DNA of 29,718 bases from a virus (IMGVR_UViG_3300006737_000117:1-29718); one strand, 5' to 3'; shown: positions 15,702 to 26,820, numbered from the stretch's first letter. Numbers and translations: made by a program. Notes: generated from the sequence alone by a model not told the origin.

Positions 15702-15748
15702 GTACCCTCGGCAGGAATCGAACCTGCATCTAATGCTTAGGAGGCACT
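15702..15748 (-). other. 3' half of tRNA-Arg(CCT), probable attP core
   Basis: Minus strand: agtgc-CTCCTAA-gcatt (anticodon arm, CCT), agat, gcagg-TTCGATT-cctgc (T arm), cgagggt-a (acceptor 3' strand). No D arm or acceptor 5' strand upstream. Ends 26 nt before the integrase start. Confidence 0.8.
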
Positions 15749-15830
15749 TTACTTCTGGTTATTATTTTTATCTTTTGAACTTATATATTCGTAACGCTTA
15801 TCGCAATAGAAAACTAAATCAGGAGTACGA

Positions 15831-17489
15831 TTACTCTTTGAATCGGTGTAATTTAGTATTGGCTTGAGCGTGATAGCTATCGTATTCTTCATCATCTTCA
15901 TTAACCATTTGATTGTTATTAATATTACTACTTAAAGCTTTAGCTCCTGCATATAAACCTGTACCTGCACCTGTAACAAATAGGCCTGTTGTAATACCCT
16001 GTTTTGCATATCTACTAATAGGCATTGGAGTTGTATTTAATTCGTTTAATGTTTTAGGAACATCTTCCCCATAACCTTTGGTAGTTCTTAAATATCTAAA
16101 TTGTTGGTCAACAGGTATTACAGTTTCTTGAGGTTTCATAACTCCATGTCTCATTAAATCTTCTTCTGTATAGCCTTTTCTTAAAGCATCTTTAACTTCA
16201 GGCGTATAGCCTCTCGCTTTATCCAATATATCTTGCCTACCCTTATCTGTATTAACAGACTTATGAGCTTTATATTCTTTTAACCATTTTTTAGTTTTCC
16301 AACTTCTATGGTCAGGTAGTGGTATTTTTTTTACGCCCATAACGTTTAAAAGCTCGTGCTTCATTCCAAAAACATTCTTAGAAAGCCAATCAAACTTTTT
16401 ACCATATAAGTCAAAAGCGTCAGATGGCAGCAAATAAGCATGATTTGGATCTCTAGGGTCAATCATTACTTTACCATTAATACCACCTGTATATTCATTA
16501 GATTTAAATGTGGGACTATAGCTTACTACAACTTTATCGTCAACAATCTGAACGCTATTAGATAAGTCTCTAGATTTACGGCTATCTTTTTCCCTAAATC
16601 TTTTTATTTTGTTTCTAAGCCTTTCATATGTGGTTGTGCCACGCAATTTCTCATCATGATCCTTAAACTTCCTGAAGCCTTGCTTTATCCTTAAAGCACC
16701 AACTTTAGGGCTAACGCCTTTGCTTAGACGTGCATCAGTCTGTATTATCTCAACTAAATCTCTAAAATTAACATCATATTGTATATCTCTATGTAAAGAA
16801 TTAAGACTTTTATTATGAAGATGCATAATCTTAGGGTCTTTACCTAATGCCCAGGTATTTAATAAGTTTTTCTTCATATTTTTACTAATACCAAGCTTCA
16901 TTATATCTTCTGGGTTTATAACTTCGCCAATATGCTTCTCTACAAGGTCATGCAATGCAGTATTCTTTGGAGTTATACCAGCTCTTTGATTAAGAGCATA
17001 CTGTTTAGAAAATTCACCCCAAGTATTTTTTTGTATTTGGCTTAATTTTTGTTTGGACTCTGGGGTAAAGGTTCTCCATTCCCATTCACCAGCTTCAGCT
17101 TTTGGACCTCTTTTAAAGAAATATTTATGCTTTTTCCCAACCTTACCTTCAATCCAACTTTTAGGGTCATTTATAATGGTGTTTTGAATATCCCAATTCT
17201 TTTTAATGTTTTGAGTAGTAGTGTGTCCCATACCAAACTCTCTGAAATTAAAGTTACTACGTATCCTACCTGGATTTATATAGTTCATAGCTGTAGTGCC
17301 TGTACTATCTTTTATCCCTGTTAAAAATGCATTCAGTTTTTCAGAACCTGAACCATAAAAACCTTCTAACCTTATATTACTATTACTAGGTATCTTAGTA
17401 GTTTGGCTATAGATAGCTTTAGAAATAGGACTTTTCTTTATATACTTAGCAGCTATTGCTGATGCCTGTCTTATTAACGCACTACTCAT
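15831..17489 (-). CDS. hypothetical protein, possibly virion-associated/ejected
   Basis: 552 aa, basic; Gly-rich hydrophobic C-terminal segment (TGLFVTGAGTGLYAGA); overlaps the RNAP stop. Confidence 0.7.
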   Translation of the reverse strand: MSSALIRQASAIAAKYIKKSPISKAIYSQTTKIPSNSNIRLEGFYGSGSEKLNAFLTGIKDSTGTTAMNYINPGRIRSNFNFREFGMGHTTTQNIKKNWDIQNTIINDPKSWIEGKVGKKHKYFFKRGPKAEAGEWEWRTFTPESKQKLSQIQKNTWGEFSKQYALNQRAGITPKNTALHDLVEKHIGEVINPEDIMKLGISKNMKKNLLNTWALGKDPKIMHLHNKSLNSLHRDIQYDVNFRDLVEIIQTDARLSKGVSPKVGALRIKQGFRKFKDHDEKLRGTTTYERLRNKIKRFREKDSRKSRDLSNSVQIVDDKVVVSYSPTFKSNEYTGGINGKVMIDPRDPNHAYLLPSDAFDLYGKKFDWLSKNVFGMKHELLNVMGVKKIPLPDHRSWKTKKWLKEYKAHKSVNTDKGRQDILDKARGYTPEVKDALRKGYTEEDLMRHGVMKPQETVIPVDQQFRYLRTTKGYGEDVPKTLNELNTTPMPISRYAKQGITTGLFVTGAGTGLYAGAKALSSNINNNQMVNEDDEEYDSYHAQANTKLHRFKE

Positions 17490-20400
17490 CTGGTGTTAAA
17501 TCCTTTTTCATTTCTCTAGACATTTGTATATATGGTATCCCTGACATTTTCTCTATAGTGTAGAATGGATTATCGATTATACCTTTAGTATCTCTAGCAA
17601 TCCTGCCAAAAGGAAACATAGTCCACAGGTAATAATCAGTTAGTCTACTATAATCATTATTTACCATAGAGCTAAAGACGGCAGGGGCCAACCGCAAACC
17701 TGGCGGAGTAACCATTTGGAGCGGAGCAACTGCAGTTGGCCAATTGCCGAAAAAGGCTCTATCTCTTTCTTGTTCATTACCAAACAACCAATCAGCTGTA
17801 TCTTGAAACCAAGAATAAGGCTGAGGCATAGCTGTTTCAAATAATGAGTATGCAAATACATTTGACATACCAAGTACAAACATATCACTGATCGTTTGTC
17901 GTTTAAATCTTTCATATTCCATAGTACCTGGGCGATAACCATGTAATCTAGCTTCTCTGTTTACATCATTTCTAAATCTTACAGAGTTCCAAGCCCATGT
18001 TTGGAATCTTGTCATAACTTTACCTAATGCTGTGGCACTAAATGCTGGTCTATATGGAGCACTATATAAGAACTGAGTAGCTGTTACAGTCTTTTTAGCC
18101 ATTTCAATTAAGAATGGTTCATTTAAATCCATATTAGCATGACCATATAATTCTCTAGCTTGCAAGTAACCTGCAGCAAATGCATCTCTACGTAATGCTC
18201 TTTCAGGATACCTCATAAACCAAGCAGCCTTTTGGAAAGCAGCTTCATCGATTTGATGCTTTTTAGCTAAACTAATAAGACCTTCATCTTTAACCATTGG
18301 GTCTTTCTTTAATAGTTTCTCTACATCTCTTAAAAATCTTCTATATTTACCAGATTTAAAGTTTGGATTTAATCCTGCCTCATATAATACAAAGTTAGGA
18401 ACAACACCATGACTGATCGCCCATTCTTCAATATCTTTTTTAGTCTCAAACTTAGATGCTTTACCAGCTATTTGAGTTCTCCAATATTCAGCATTTCTAG
18501 CATTACGCCAGTTTTTCCATCCAGTAGCCTGTATAGTATGTATAGTACCACCAAATATATTACCTGCAGCAGATTTAGGGTGAGCAAGTAGTGTAGCCAT
18601 TTGATATTTAGCTTCTAGGTTAGACCAATGTCTTATATCCATTTCATCTACACCTTGTAAATTATCAGGAACCATTTCGCTATCTTTCATACCAATAGCT
18701 TTTCTAATCTTATTAATCTTGTCTTTAACATGATTATCTGCAAACCAACTATAAGGCGTACCTTTAATCTTCATTAAATCACCCATAGGTCCGTCCATCC
18801 ACGCTTCTGGTACTTTACTAGGAAAGCCCATAGCTCGTGTAATATAATCGTATATATAATTATTCCACGCAACAACTTGATCAGGACTGTTCCATGTGTC
18901 TATTGCTTTTCTATTAAACTCTTGCAACATCTTTTTAGATACAATCTGGCCTATTTGCCTATGATATGTATCTATTAAATTCTTTTGATATATGTCCCAA
19001 GAACCTAAATCCCTCGACCAACCAGGTAAATCAGTAGAACGAGATAACATATTCCCAGCAACAGGATCTTTTTCGAGGTATCTAAAGCTTTCACCTTTAC
19101 GTCCTTCCGCTATTTCTTGTAATGCACCATTAATTAAATCGTTTTCATGTACATCATTTACAATCCATTCTCCAGCCATAGATTTATATCGTAAAATAAG
19201 TTTACCAATTTCAACCTTTTTATCTTTGTCTGACATCCCTGGTCGAGCTTCAACTTCTTTTATAGCTGCCTCAATTGCACGTCTAGCAACTTTCTTATCT
19301 TGTATAAACTGAGGATGGTAATCATTGGCTCTAAACTGACCTGTTCTATGATATTTAGCTAAAGATAGATTGCTTATTAATTCTTTGTATAGATTTTTAC
19401 TAGCAACATCTTCGGTCATCCTAACTTGCTCTTGAAGATTTTCAATCTGTATAGACCTAGATATTTTTCTAAGATTATCAAGACCAAGGCCCCAACCAAT
19501 AGGTTGACCTTCTTTCATCTTTTTTAATATAGACTTAACAAACTTATTACTATCGATTATTGGTAACATTTCATTATTGTTCCAATATTTTATTTCACCT
19601 TTAGCATTCTTTTGTACAAATTCTAATATTGGGTCTTCTACGCTATTATCTCTTATATGCTTACCAAGTTCTGGGTCATACTTATAATGCTTACCAGCAA
19701 TCCAACTATATGTTTCTATAGCTCTTTGTGTTAAAGCATCATTAATATTGTTAGCAATTTGTCTACCAGTCTCTGGATACGTTCCACCTTCTTTATTTAC
19801 ACTAAACCTTTGCTTCTGTATCTTGTCCCATTTAGCAATATCCTTAGCTTCAGCCAATGATGCCTTATATTCTTTAAGTTTTATATAGTACTGATTATCT
19901 TTCTTATGCTTGTTTTTATTTTTAAAAGACCTTAATGCACGTTCTGCAGTGACAACTTCACCAATATGCTGCCCTATACCTTCAGGTAATGATTCGTATC
20001 CTGTTTTATCTCTTAATAGTACTTCTAAACTATTTTTTTCGTCTTCATCAGTTTTAAGAGCCATAGCTTCAACTTTACCAAGTACGAATTGTATATTTTC
20101 TATAGTATGAGTAGGTGTCCCTATATCTCCTTGACGCCATTCACCTTTATAGTTTTGAAATCTTCCTGACTCTTCAAATATAGTAAAGTCTTTAACCATC
20201 ATTTCTCTAGATGTCGTTTTAGGAAATAACATCCAGTGACGCTTTGCAAGTTCAACAACGTTGTCTTTTGTAATAGCACCTCTTTGAGACCAATAAGTAC
20301 CAGTTCTCATTTCCTGAAAGAAATTGTTTAATACTCTATAATCCTCAACCCCAAGGGCGTCAAAGTTTTTTCTTAATAATGCTCTAGTTATTTGATTTAA

Positions 20401-23400
20401 GTTTTTAGCTGATGCTATACTTTTACCATAGTAATTAACATGCCCAATTAATTCATCGACCATTTTACGTTCAAAGTCTGATAAATTAGTTTTACCCATT
20501 TCTTTATAACGCTCTCTAGCCTGTATTATAGCCTCGACATCTGACTCAAATATATCTTTAGGCGCAACTTTAGCAATATCAGGGTCTTTTAAATCACTGT
20601 CTAATGCCTGGTCAACATCTATATCAAGTTTTTCATTGGTTTTATAATCAAATTGCTCTGAATATACTTTTAAGAAATCTCTAATAGCTCTATCACTAGT
20701 CCAGGCAGCGTTTAACCCTGTCTTTTCAAATAATGTAGAACTACCACTACGTTCTATTTCTCTAAGCAACGGATTAATTATATCCTTTAATTCAGCAGAC
20801 AATCCTTTTAGATCACTGTATTTAGCTAAATTATCACCTCTATGATATGTAGACATCATCATAGTGTCAAATAAGTAAGACTCTTCAGGACTTAAAGGTC
20901 TACCCTCTTCACCCTTTTCCATACCCCATTTATTTTTAGTTTTATAATTAGCTATTCTATTTTCAATTCTTTCTTGATTCATAAAAGGCATTATATCTGG
21001 GTCTACATTAAATATTCTAGATAATGTAACCTTACCTTCTGGACTAACATTAGTAACTGTTAAATAATCTTCTACACTAGATTCAGCTGATTTTAATTTT
21101 TGTGCTCTATCTATTTCTTTAGTTTTATCTACAAATCTAGCCATATGATGTATAAAAGCATCATTTACGCCAGCATTCCTAGCTAAAGTAATAGCTCTAA
21201 TTAATTGTTGAGCAGAGGCTCTATCCATTGCATCGTTTTGCATGAACTCTGTACCCTGTCTATAAACTCTATCAACCATATTACTTCTATATGTCATAGA
21301 ATTTTCTACAGCTTGCATATACAAGTCTTCTGATTTAAACCATTTTTGATGTTCCCAAGGGAAAGAATAAGCTTGAAACGCTTTTTTGTCCCATTGACCA
21401 CCTAATCCTTTAAAGAAATCTTTATATACTGCAGGATTTGCAATCATTACTTTTCTGTTATCTCTATTATATAGCTTTTCTGCGATAACTTTTGTAGTAA
21501 CTGGACTCTTAACACTATCAAAGCTAAATCTTCCCAATAAACCACCTTCTACGCCTTCATATGAATCATTAATAGCTCTAAGCTCTAAAGAAATGTCTTT
21601 AAAGTCGTCATATCTTTGGTTTAATAAATCTAAATCAACTCTAGCGGATATATCATCACTATAATCAATAGGATCTAATATCTCTACCATTCTAGCTAAC
21701 ATATCACCACGTTGATCTTCATTTAATAGGTGTATTTTATTAGAAAAGTCTTTTATCTCATGAGCATACCAACGTCTATTTTGGTCCCAATTTTTAGAAA
21801 AATAACCTTTATTAAAACCTTGATATATTTGAAACAAGCCCTGTCTAGCATGAAAGTTTGGACTAAATTTTGACTGTAATGCTTTTTGATTACCATTCCA
21901 ATCAATTTTAAATAATGAATGCCAACCTGCATCAAAGAATTTTGCACCACCTGTTAATCCAAGTTCGTCTAATGGGTCAGAACCAAAGCCAATCTCTGCT
22001 CTAAATAATTCTCTAGAAAAGTCTAATTCTTTTTTATTAGTTCTAGGTTCATAGAATATTTCATATGTCTTATCATCTCCCCAAGGACTTACTGATAAAG
22101 ACTCTCTATTATCTGCTCTGTATTTCTTTTTAAGAGCATCAGATAATTTTTCATATTGTTCAGGCGTTATATGCTTTTTACCTAGCCAATATCTTTTAGG
22201 ACCATTTTTACCTGCAGCTGTATATACTGAGTTAAGTATTTGTTTACTTATAACAGCAGGACCTAATTGATCACGACCATCAACTGCCTTATCTGCTATA
22301 TCTTTTCTACCTTCTGGTGTAAACTTTCCTATAAATGATTTATATGCCTGGTCTGTAAATGTTCCACCATCATTAGTAAATGTTAATAAGTCTTGGAATG
22401 TTACTTCTTTGCCATTCTTTATTAAGTCAATTATTCTGGCTTCATGTTTGTCTTTAGGATTTAAAAACCCTTTTAATATTGCTTTACCTTCATCAGATAT
22501 AGGAGCTTCTTTATTGTCCTTAATCTGTAAATTATCGTCCCTGTATTCATATTTATTTTTATGATACATATCTCTGTACTTTTGTTTCATTCCAAATAGT
22601 ACAAATGCTTTATCTCCATCAAGGTCTGCACCACCTAATGCCCTCATAGTTCTAGGGTGAAACACACCACCATGACCTTTAATGCCTGTAAATCCCGCAA
22701 AAGCAAGTTCATGTGCACCAGATATAGAGTCCATAGGAACACGTAATGATATAGTTTTAAAGAACTCTTTTACTGATGCTTTATCTCTATAGTTGTCCCA
22801 TAATTCACCTAAAGTAAGTCTTTTTTCTCCAATCAATAAATCGGATACGTCGTAGCTTACTTTTTTATACATATCATCAAGCATAAATAATTGGTCAGGA
22901 TTTTCTACACCAAATTCATCCATTAATCTTTTACGATTAGCAACAACACCTTTTTGACCTTTCGTCATATCTAAATCAAAGAAATCAAATTGTTGTCTTA
23001 ACCAAGGATCTATACCTCTCATTCTTGTAGATATACTATAGTCCCATTTAGGCCTAATAACCTTATTTACTACAAAGTTTCTCATAGATGCCTGTAAGTA
23101 GTTTCTTACGTCTTTATGTAGGAAAACTGCAAGGTCAGGGTATATTTCCATCATTCTGTTAATACCAGATGTAAAGTTTTTAGCTTCTGCAACGGCTTCC
23201 ATATACTCTGTTTTAGATACTTCACCAGACTCATATTCTCTAGTTAAGTTTTCTACATTAGACCTTAATACTCTTTGATATAGTTTAGATACAAAATCTG
23301 GATGCTCAGTTGTTTTAATAGCGTCTATAATATTCTTTAAACCCAGCTTATCTATATTATCTAATATATTTATCTGTTCGTTATCACCTATGATTTCTGT

Positions 23401-26400
23401 ATCAAGTGCTTTTTGCAGTCTATCATTCCATACATCTTCACCAATATATCTCTCCCCGATAATCTCATCAAAGAACTCGTCTATAGTTTCCTGGTCTAAT
23501 TCTTTAGATGCATGTGGAATCAAGCTTGACATAAGCTGTTTAGGAATTTGTTGTGGGTCTAACATATGCTGAGTTTGCTTTTCAGATAATGACCCTTTAA
23601 GTGATGTAAGATTCATCTCATAATCAGAACCACCCTTATAATCAAAGTCTACAGATAAGTCTTTATTTACATTTAGTTCTCCTATTTTTCTAGAACCAAA
23701 TTCTTTAGCTGCAGATTCAGGAACTAACATGTGTACGTTATTATCTCTCATCCATTTACTAGCTTCTTCACTAGCTTTATGGAACATCATCTTTCCAAGA
23801 AAAGCACCATCTTGAGGGCTACTATCTACAATAAATGTTTTATTTTGACCAGACTCTGGAAGTCCCCAACTTTTATTTAATGCATCTAAAGTAGTCTGTT
23901 CCATTAAGATTTCACCATCTGTTATTTCAGTATATAATCTTGCAGGTGAATTAGATGTTAAATCAGCATTTTTACCAGGATCAGCGAATAATCTATATTT
24001 TAGCTTATTATTTTCTACAGGTATACTACCCCCCATATCATCATAAACCTCTTTAAAATAGTCCGCATCTAGCTCAAAACCATCAGTCATCCATATTTGG
24101 TTTCTTTTATTAAAACCTTTAGAATCTCTAATAGATGAGTTTTCTGCAAGCCAATCTATAAAGTTTTTACCCTTTTCAAAGTTTTTAGGATTGATGCTAT
24201 ATATAGTTTCGTCCCATTTAATGTTAGATAAGAACGCTTTATCAAAGTATCTACCAGCTTCATCTGCACTACCTAAAGATCTAAATGTGTTTTTACCAAC
24301 TTTTCTGTCTTTATACTTCTTAACAAACTCTGACCTTAAAGAGTCATAAGCTTTAGCAGCATTCTTGTCATATTTTTTAAATACTTTCTTAGCTTTAGTT
24401 ATTTCTTTCGCAATATTGTCAGACGTTAGTTTGTCTACATCTGGATGATGCTTAAAGAAATACATTTTTCCACTATCTCCCTTGCCACCATTATAATAAT
24501 AACCATCTTGGTCTGCAGATTTTAAACCTTGTCCTATAAGCCTATTAGCAGTATCTTGAGCAGTTTTAGCATTCTTTCCAGAGTAACCTACATAATTTTC
24601 TTTTCTGTTTAATTTCTTTAATTCAATTTCAACAATCTTTTTACCTCTAGATGTAATAGCATGGTCTAACACCATATATGCTCTATCTTTAGGTAATTGA
24701 CCAGTCAACTGATACATCATATCTTCATATGCTAGCTCTATTGTTTTAACACTATCACCAACGCCTTTAAGATTATTTTTAGCATTGAGTCCAGTAGGGC
24801 CTACTTTAATTAATGATGTTCTATCATCTCCACCACCAAAGAATTGTAATGAATAATGAGGACTAGGTCTTTGTTGTACTTGTCTTATAAATAACTGCCT
24901 TAAGTCTCCTTCAGCCAAATCACTTAAATCTTTTTTACTAAACACTTCTGGAAAGTTCTTATTAACATCTTCCATAAAGCCTTTAAACTGTTTTAACTGA
25001 GTATTGCCACCTAATACATTGATTAGCTTATCTTTATATTCTTTTTTAAGAGCACCAATTTCTTCAGGATCTGTTAAGTTGTCGAATGCTGATTTAAGGT
25101 ACTTATTAATAAAGGCTTGAGACTTTTTAACTAATTCTACTTCTGCAGTATGTCCTATATCAAAGTCATCTAATGATTCATTAGCTTCAGATTTCTTTTC
25201 TATAGCACCTTTATCAACTAAATTGTCTACTGCTTTACTTCTAGCTATCGCTATATCAGCCAACTTCTTTCTTAAATGTTGAGCAGTTTCAGGAGCATTA
25301 TCATCTAACTTATTCATTACATCTTTAGGTATAACTACTTTTCTAGCGTCATCACCTATTTGTTTTAAAGAATCATTAATAAGTTTAGCATTAATCTCTA
25401 GATTAGCATCGTTCATACCTTTTAATGGTAATTTAATAACGTTGTCTTCTTTAGGATCTACTGCTAATGGATAAGACTCTCCATCTTCTGCTTTAAGTAT
25501 TCTAGAACGACCCTCTGTAAGGAATATTTTATCCTTACTTTTCTTCATAAACTCTGGTGTAACGCTATCAGGGTTCTCTACATCTTTAGAAATCTTAGTC
25601 ATCTCTTCAGCTATCTGAGATTCTCTTACCGCATCTGTAGCCTCATTAATAGCTAAATCAGTATCAACTGCTTTTTTAATACCTTCTAATGTTTCCCCTG
25701 CCATTGCAGCCTGAGCAGCAAATGTACCATGTCTCATTGCAACAGTATGCATTACTGATTCTTGAACATCTTTTGGTAAATCATCCCAACCAGGTTCTAA
25801 TCTAGGGTCATATACTGCTAAATCTTTATCATATGGATTACCATCTTTGTCTAATCTTTTAAGTTCTTTAGCATTAGTTTGAGCTCTTTTTTCAACTTTA
25901 CCAACAAAAGACATAGCTCTTGCCTGGCCTGCCGTAGTTTCATTAGCACCAAAATATGCACCTAAGAGGTATGAATATATTTGTTCTGGTGTCGTTTCTC
26001 CTCGATACGTTGATTGAAGGCCATCATAGAGCGATGACGCGACAGCACGTACGAGTCTGTCTTCTTGCTGTGAAGCTGTGTATACATATCTGCCTGTCTC
26101 TTGATCAAGTTTAGGTATCCCCCCTTTGTTTATTAGATTTGCGAATCCTCTAAACGCACCACCAGTTACTGCACCATGTAACCCTGATTTAAGCATTTCA
26201 TTAACACCTAACTGCCAAGAACCAATACTACTAGCAAGACCAAGGTTAAATGCACCTTCGGCTACATGTTTAGCATTATCAGTAGTTAGAAAATCAAGTG
26301 CTGTTTTAAATGAATCATTTTTAGCTGCTTTAGATGTTTCTAAAGTCTTAGCAACAACGGGACCTACTTTTTCAGTAGCTTTTTTAGAAAGATATAATGG

Positions 26401-26820
26401 AACAGAATTACCTTTAAGTGCTCTAGCCATATTAGCTAGTTGTTTTGCACCCATTGCTTTAAAAGGAGCAGAAGGTATATAACCTAAGAAACCACCAAGA
26501 GAACCTAAAGAACGCATTATACGTTCATATTCATTATCAGTTGGTTCGCCTACGTTAAATGTAGTAAAGCCAGAAACAAAACCTTGTCCCATTTGCTTGA
26601 TACCACGCATAAGATTAAAGTCACTATCTCTAGGACTTCCTGTAGGAGGCTCTGGTACTTCTAATTTATGATGAACTGCATGATCTTTAAGCTGAGATAC
26701 TAACTCAGGCTTAAATGTATGAGGTTTAAATTTATAAGCATTTAGAAGTCTTTCTGTAGTTTGCTTATCATAAAAAGGCTTAAACTCCGTTAATTCGTCA
26801 AACCTATCTTGCTCCGCCAT
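17482..26820 (-). CDS. giant multidomain protein containing a two-barrel (DPBB) RNA polymerase, probable virion RNAP
   Basis: 3112 aa. LRVP...GGADLDGDKAF (DxDGD at nt 22612-22626, D1399). Upstream TDGEI, KTFI, GKMMF, PESAAK motifs fit the second barrel. Gly/Ala-rich N-terminus. Lies in the virion-protein block. Confidence 0.8.
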   Translation of the reverse strand: MAEQDRFDELTEFKPFYDKQTTERLLNAYKFKPHTFKPELVSQLKDHAVHHKLEVPEPPTGSPRDSDFNLMRGIKQMGQGFVSGFTTFNVGEPTDNEYERIMRSLGSLGGFLGYIPSAPFKAMGAKQLANMARALKGNSVPLYLSKKATEKVGPVVAKTLETSKAAKNDSFKTALDFLTTDNAKHVAEGAFNLGLASSIGSWQLGVNEMLKSGLHGAVTGGAFRGFANLINKGGIPKLDQETGRYVYTASQQEDRLVRAVASSLYDGLQSTYRGETTPEQIYSYLLGAYFGANETTAGQARAMSFVGKVEKRAQTNAKELKRLDKDGNPYDKDLAVYDPRLEPGWDDLPKDVQESVMHTVAMRHGTFAAQAAMAGETLEGIKKAVDTDLAINEATDAVRESQIAEEMTKISKDVENPDSVTPEFMKKSKDKIFLTEGRSRILKAEDGESYPLAVDPKEDNVIKLPLKGMNDANLEINAKLINDSLKQIGDDARKVVIPKDVMNKLDDNAPETAQHLRKKLADIAIARSKAVDNLVDKGAIEKKSEANESLDDFDIGHTAEVELVKKSQAFINKYLKSAFDNLTDPEEIGALKKEYKDKLINVLGGNTQLKQFKGFMEDVNKNFPEVFSKKDLSDLAEGDLRQLFIRQVQQRPSPHYSLQFFGGGDDRTSLIKVGPTGLNAKNNLKGVGDSVKTIELAYEDMMYQLTGQLPKDRAYMVLDHAITSRGKKIVEIELKKLNRKENYVGYSGKNAKTAQDTANRLIGQGLKSADQDGYYYNGGKGDSGKMYFFKHHPDVDKLTSDNIAKEITKAKKVFKKYDKNAAKAYDSLRSEFVKKYKDRKVGKNTFRSLGSADEAGRYFDKAFLSNIKWDETIYSINPKNFEKGKNFIDWLAENSSIRDSKGFNKRNQIWMTDGFELDADYFKEVYDDMGGSIPVENNKLKYRLFADPGKNADLTSNSPARLYTEITDGEILMEQTTLDALNKSWGLPESGQNKTFIVDSSPQDGAFLGKMMFHKASEEASKWMRDNNVHMLVPESAAKEFGSRKIGELNVNKDLSVDFDYKGGSDYEMNLTSLKGSLSEKQTQHMLDPQQIPKQLMSSLIPHASKELDQETIDEFFDEIIGERYIGEDVWNDRLQKALDTEIIGDNEQINILDNIDKLGLKNIIDAIKTTEHPDFVSKLYQRVLRSNVENLTREYESGEVSKTEYMEAVAEAKNFTSGINRMMEIYPDLAVFLHKDVRNYLQASMRNFVVNKVIRPKWDYSISTRMRGIDPWLRQQFDFFDLDMTKGQKGVVANRKRLMDEFGVENPDQLFMLDDMYKKVSYDVSDLLIGEKRLTLGELWDNYRDKASVKEFFKTISLRVPMDSISGAHELAFAGFTGIKGHGGVFHPRTMRALGGADLDGDKAFVLFGMKQKYRDMYHKNKYEYRDDNLQIKDNKEAPISDEGKAILKGFLNPKDKHEARIIDLIKNGKEVTFQDLLTFTNDGGTFTDQAYKSFIGKFTPEGRKDIADKAVDGRDQLGPAVISKQILNSVYTAAGKNGPKRYWLGKKHITPEQYEKLSDALKKKYRADNRESLSVSPWGDDKTYEIFYEPRTNKKELDFSRELFRAEIGFGSDPLDELGLTGGAKFFDAGWHSLFKIDWNGNQKALQSKFSPNFHARQGLFQIYQGFNKGYFSKNWDQNRRWYAHEIKDFSNKIHLLNEDQRGDMLARMVEILDPIDYSDDISARVDLDLLNQRYDDFKDISLELRAINDSYEGVEGGLLGRFSFDSVKSPVTTKVIAEKLYNRDNRKVMIANPAVYKDFFKGLGGQWDKKAFQAYSFPWEHQKWFKSEDLYMQAVENSMTYRSNMVDRVYRQGTEFMQNDAMDRASAQQLIRAITLARNAGVNDAFIHHMARFVDKTKEIDRAQKLKSAESSVEDYLTVTNVSPEGKVTLSRIFNVDPDIMPFMNQERIENRIANYKTKNKWGMEKGEEGRPLSPEESYLFDTMMMSTYHRGDNLAKYSDLKGLSAELKDIINPLLREIERSGSSTLFEKTGLNAAWTSDRAIRDFLKVYSEQFDYKTNEKLDIDVDQALDSDLKDPDIAKVAPKDIFESDVEAIIQARERYKEMGKTNLSDFERKMVDELIGHVNYYGKSIASAKNLNQITRALLRKNFDALGVEDYRVLNNFFQEMRTGTYWSQRGAITKDNVVELAKRHWMLFPKTTSREMMVKDFTIFEESGRFQNYKGEWRQGDIGTPTHTIENIQFVLGKVEAMALKTDEDEKNSLEVLLRDKTGYESLPEGIGQHIGEVVTAERALRSFKNKNKHKKDNQYYIKLKEYKASLAEAKDIAKWDKIQKQRFSVNKEGGTYPETGRQIANNINDALTQRAIETYSWIAGKHYKYDPELGKHIRDNSVEDPILEFVQKNAKGEIKYWNNNEMLPIIDSNKFVKSILKKMKEGQPIGWGLGLDNLRKISRSIQIENLQEQVRMTEDVASKNLYKELISNLSLAKYHRTGQFRANDYHPQFIQDKKVARRAIEAAIKEVEARPGMSDKDKKVEIGKLILRYKSMAGEWIVNDVHENDLINGALQEIAEGRKGESFRYLEKDPVAGNMLSRSTDLPGWSRDLGSWDIYQKNLIDTYHRQIGQIVSKKMLQEFNRKAIDTWNSPDQVVAWNNYIYDYITRAMGFPSKVPEAWMDGPMGDLMKIKGTPYSWFADNHVKDKINKIRKAIGMKDSEMVPDNLQGVDEMDIRHWSNLEAKYQMATLLAHPKSAAGNIFGGTIHTIQATGWKNWRNARNAEYWRTQIAGKASKFETKKDIEEWAISHGVVPNFVLYEAGLNPNFKSGKYRRFLRDVEKLLKKDPMVKDEGLISLAKKHQIDEAAFQKAAWFMRYPERALRRDAFAAGYLQARELYGHANMDLNEPFLIEMAKKTVTATQFLYSAPYRPAFSATALGKVMTRFQTWAWNSVRFRNDVNREARLHGYRPGTMEYERFKRQTISDMFVLGMSNVFAYSLFETAMPQPYSWFQDTADWLFGNEQERDRAFFGNWPTAVAPLQMVTPPGLRLAPAVFSSMVNNDYSRLTDYYLWTMFPFGRIARDTKGIIDNPFYTIEKMSGIPYIQMSREMKKDLTPDE

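Noticed and set aside
15702-15780. Complete tRNA-Arg gene
   Set aside because: No D arm and no 5' acceptor strand complementary to cgagggt upstream; only the 3' half is present.
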